Assembly (NCBI RefSeq): GCF_902459465.1
Contig: NC_047068.1
Location: 18,042,001-18,106,000, forward strand
DNA length: 64,000 bases
Source: Asterias rubens
Taxonomy: Eukaryota
Direction: 5' to 3'
This document shows, piece by piece, positions 61,601 through 64,000 of this stretch. Below the pieces are notes generated by a model, which searched no databases, was not told where the DNA came from, and saw only the letters and a program-made list of their open reading frames with translations. Every line of letters begins with the position of its first letter. Position 1 is the first letter of the stretch. Made by a program: the position numbers and the translations under genes.

Positions 61601-63822
61601 TAGAGGGCAGCAGACTTACCGGGTAAATCCATTGTTCTCAGAATTATGCGCATGTTCAGAACTACGTAAACAATGGAAATTTACCCGGTATGTCTGCTGC
61701 CACCTAGTGTTGGAAAGTCTCCTATTTCATGGCTCTGGGAATTCCGCGCTTACGTCAAGCATATTTCACAGGTTATAGCAGGAATAATTGCTTGTGCGCG
61801 TGAAGATTCCATGTTACTAGGCATTCTTAGCTTTAATACACAGCTAGCGCAGAATCTTCTCAGTAAAGTTTTCTGCAAAAGCAGCTCTATGAAATAGGTC
61901 CTTGGTCTGTAGCACTCCAGTGGAGGAAAATGAAGAATGACCATGAGGAGTGGTCAGAAGGCAATCACAGGGATAAATATGTGTAAAAGTGTCATAAGGA
62001 TTCTACAATGACTCTACCTGAAACCTTCCGAACCCCTATACATAGGCCATATATCTTTTACACTCTTCAGTCTCATAACGATGACTAATTAAGAGACCAA
62101 TTAAGAACTAACTGAAGTTAATATTGAGAAGTCCCCTCGATCCACTAAAATGAAAGTAGTAGTCCCGGCCTGGTAGTAGTTAATGATATGCAGGACAGAT
62201 CTTTTCAGAACCGAGAAGTCTCTCGCATTCTGTGTGGTCATTGGTGGTAGTGTAACCAAGTAGACACATGGTTTCTCATTTGGACACACTTATGACACAC
62301 TAAAGTGCACTTCTCATTTAGATATTATCATTACATGGTGTTACCGCAAACCAAATATACATTGGTACCTCACTTCTCAATATTTCTCAATACTTCTCAA
62401 TATTAACTTCACCAAGCAATGCCTCAAATCCCAAAAGCAAAGTCGCCCTTAGATTTTTTTCCTCAAATATTATTTTTATAATTATGTCTGTTTCCCTAGA
62501 GCACTATAACAACCAGGGAGGTTGAGTTATTCCGGGCTAGGGAGGAAGTTGCAGACAGCGTGACGCTGGATGGCGACCAAGATGTCTTGAACAGCAAAAT
62601 ATTTCGGGACGCTAACATCGACGATGTCGACGCCAGTGAAATTGATGTTGAGGGTAAACAAAAATATTCCAAGTCCCTTTTTTAAAACCATGGCGCGAGG
62701 TTGGTTTATTTATTTGTTTGTTTGTATCGTTAGATTATATTCCCATCAAGGGAACCCAGTAAAGCTCCCACAAGGGGATGTTAGCACCAAGCTGGCAACA
62801 GCCAATCGCTCTCAAGGCCAATTTATAGTCGGCGGGCGATGGTCGGGCGATGGAAGTTTTGACGCGCGATCAAAATCAGACACAGTTTTTAGGCCTTAGC
62901 AATGACTATAAACTTTGTCGCGCCTCAAGATTTCCATGGCGCGACCATTACATGACTGACTATAAACTGGCCTTCGAATAACCAATCGCTCTCATACAAG
63001 TGTCGTGGCCGAGAGCACCTAATTAAGAGCACCGAATTCCAACTCTGGTGTTTCTGATCAGCAGAGTGTGGGTTTGGAGTCACGGTCGTGACACTTGTGT
63101 CCTTAAGCAAGACTTAAACATTGCTTCGACCTTCTGATGTAAAGCCATTGGTCACATGTGTTTTGTAACGCACGTAAAAGAGAAGGGGTTCGCCCCAGTG
63201 CTCCTGGTTATATTGGCTGCATATTGAGCCACTGCACCTTGTAAACCATTACATGGTGCTATGAAAAAGGAGTAGATCTCATAATTCGAACTCAGTCCAA
63301 CAATACCTTGCAGGAAAATACTGTATGTTAAAGCGCCTTGAACGTCACTGAGCCACTATTGTTATTATTATTATTAAACATTGGTTTAACATCTATGATT
63401 ATGTACTACACAAATCAATAAATTGTGATTCCGTAACTGGATGAGTACTAATAAATAATTAAAAATATTAATAATGGAAATTTATTTAGCGCCTATCCAT
63501 GTTAACATGCTCCTTGGCGCTGAACAATTTAAAGGAAACCTTTTAAAATCCATACAGTTAAAACACCCTAGAGAAAATAAAAGTCTCAATCAAACTTGTG
63601 TTTAGATTTCAGGTAATGTTGATATTTTTTTTCTGCGCCTTGAACACTCAAGAGTGGATACGTCCGCATTACAGTCTTATTATTATTACTTTGTTATTTA
63701 CTTTCTCCCTTTTTTAGAAACCTTTCATTTTCCGAGTGCAACCAACGAGAGTCTAGGTTATCTTGTCAACCAGTCCATTGCGCAGCAACAACAAGTGCAG
63801 GAATGCCTGGATTTTTTCGATG
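52642..63822 (+). CDS. Secreted EAR/EPTP-repeat beta-propeller protein, 5' partial (560 aa in window)
   Basis: Phase-consistent exons 52642-52835, 54179-54261, 55316-55507, 56317-56450, 57087-57216, 57674-57839, 59183-59292, 59935-60156, 60967-61157, 62500-62653, 63718-63822; continues beyond the window. Signal peptide MKASSFCAILLWFCWQFNSLIEG, RHRSKR|S site, EAR-like repeats (FREYQLLFSQGSKRVKYF..YVVF..STFFQWNGVVFLQMQVVDTFGANSW). Probable non-coding exon donor at 51949. Confidence 0.85.
55857..56232. mobile_element. Palindromic TTAA-flanked MITE family A, second copy
   Basis: Homologous to 1950-2324; right TSD decayed to CTAA. Confidence 0.85.
56709..56750 (+). ncRNA. Minimal type I hammerhead-ribozyme-like motif (Penelope-type)
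   Basis: TCTC-CTGAAGA-CC-AGCAG-AGTATA-CTGTT-C-GAAA-C-GTC-GAGA: stem I TCTC/GAGA, CUGANGA and GAAA boxes, GUC triplet, palindromic ACGT in place of stem III. The G10.1-C11.1 pair is missing in this copy. Confidence 0.6.
58109..58181 (+). pseudogene. tRNA-Asn(GTT)-like cloverleaf embedded in a dispersed repeat
   Basis: Acceptor GGCTAGA/TCTAGTC, D arm GCTC/GAGC, GTT at 58142-58144, GTTCGAATC T loop; C-T mismatch in the anticodon stem, T-C mismatch in the T stem, AC at positions 32-33. Confidence 0.7.
58644..58812. mobile_element. Palindromic MITE (GGGAATCAA..TTGATTCCC)
   Basis: Long inverted arms GGTTTTCAACTAGTGGTT..GAGGCCTGGTTCTT / AAGAACCAGGCCTC..AACCACTAGTTGAAAACC. Confidence 0.8.
59742..59903. 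repeat. 74-bp tandem repeat, 2.2 copies
   Basis: CAGGATGTC recurs at 59742, 59816 and 59890 with near-identical intervening sequence. Confidence 0.95.
62999..63375 (+). mobile_element. tRNA-derived SINE, main family (near full length)
   Basis: AGTGTCGTGGCCGAG head, GACACTTGTGTCCTTAAGCAAGAC block, ATT tail; homologous to 34712-35095. Confidence 0.85.
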
Positions 63823-64000
63823 GTAGGATTTTTTTCTAACAGATGTTAACTTATGGGGAGAAAGAATATCATTTAGTTTTACCTTTACACCGATGTGTAT
63901 CTAGTGCTGTATAGTCGGTACTGTACCAAGCTCTGTTAAAAAAATCGAGCAGTAGGCTCCGAGCAGTAGGCTCGAGTCAGGATCACTGGCCTTTGGGAAG

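Noticed and set aside
1-64000. Most ORFs in the supplied track, and the idea of one novel multi-gene system
   Set aside because: Most ORFs are antisense or off-frame shadows of exons, or lie in MITEs and SINEs. The five genes have unrelated functions, and adjacency in a eukaryotic genome does not imply a shared pathway.

Overview
AT-rich metazoan nuclear DNA, intron-rich and full of repeats. The repeat landscape and proteins suggest an invertebrate deuterostome, probably an echinoderm such as a sea star (inference). I assembled five protein-coding genes by hand from splice signals and reading-frame continuity: RPL38 (+, 70 aa, complete); a DOK/IRS-family PH+PTB adaptor (-, about 265 aa, last exon tentative); ERCC6/CSB (+, 20 coding exons, about 1489 aa, complete); an aquaporin-8-like channel (+, 260 aa, complete); and the 5' part of a secreted EAR/EPTP beta-propeller protein (+, 11 exons, 560 aa, running off the right edge). 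Introns and intergenic DNA hold TTAA-flanked (Kolobok-like) and other MITEs, tRNA-derived SINEs, L2/CR1, Vingi/ingi and Penelope relics, and a 4.3-kb Academ-like TIR element. I see no CRISPR array, rRNA, intact tRNA or convincing new multi-gene system. The best leads are single-locus oddities: a DOK-like PTB domain lacking the phosphotyrosine-binding arginines, an AQP8-like pore with NPT and a His-to-Glu filter change, a dispersed repeat carrying a minimal hammerhead ribozyme core, an uncharacterised furin-site EAR-propeller protein, and a decayed tandem copy of the CSB winged-helix coding sequence. All homology calls come from recalled family motifs; no searches were run.
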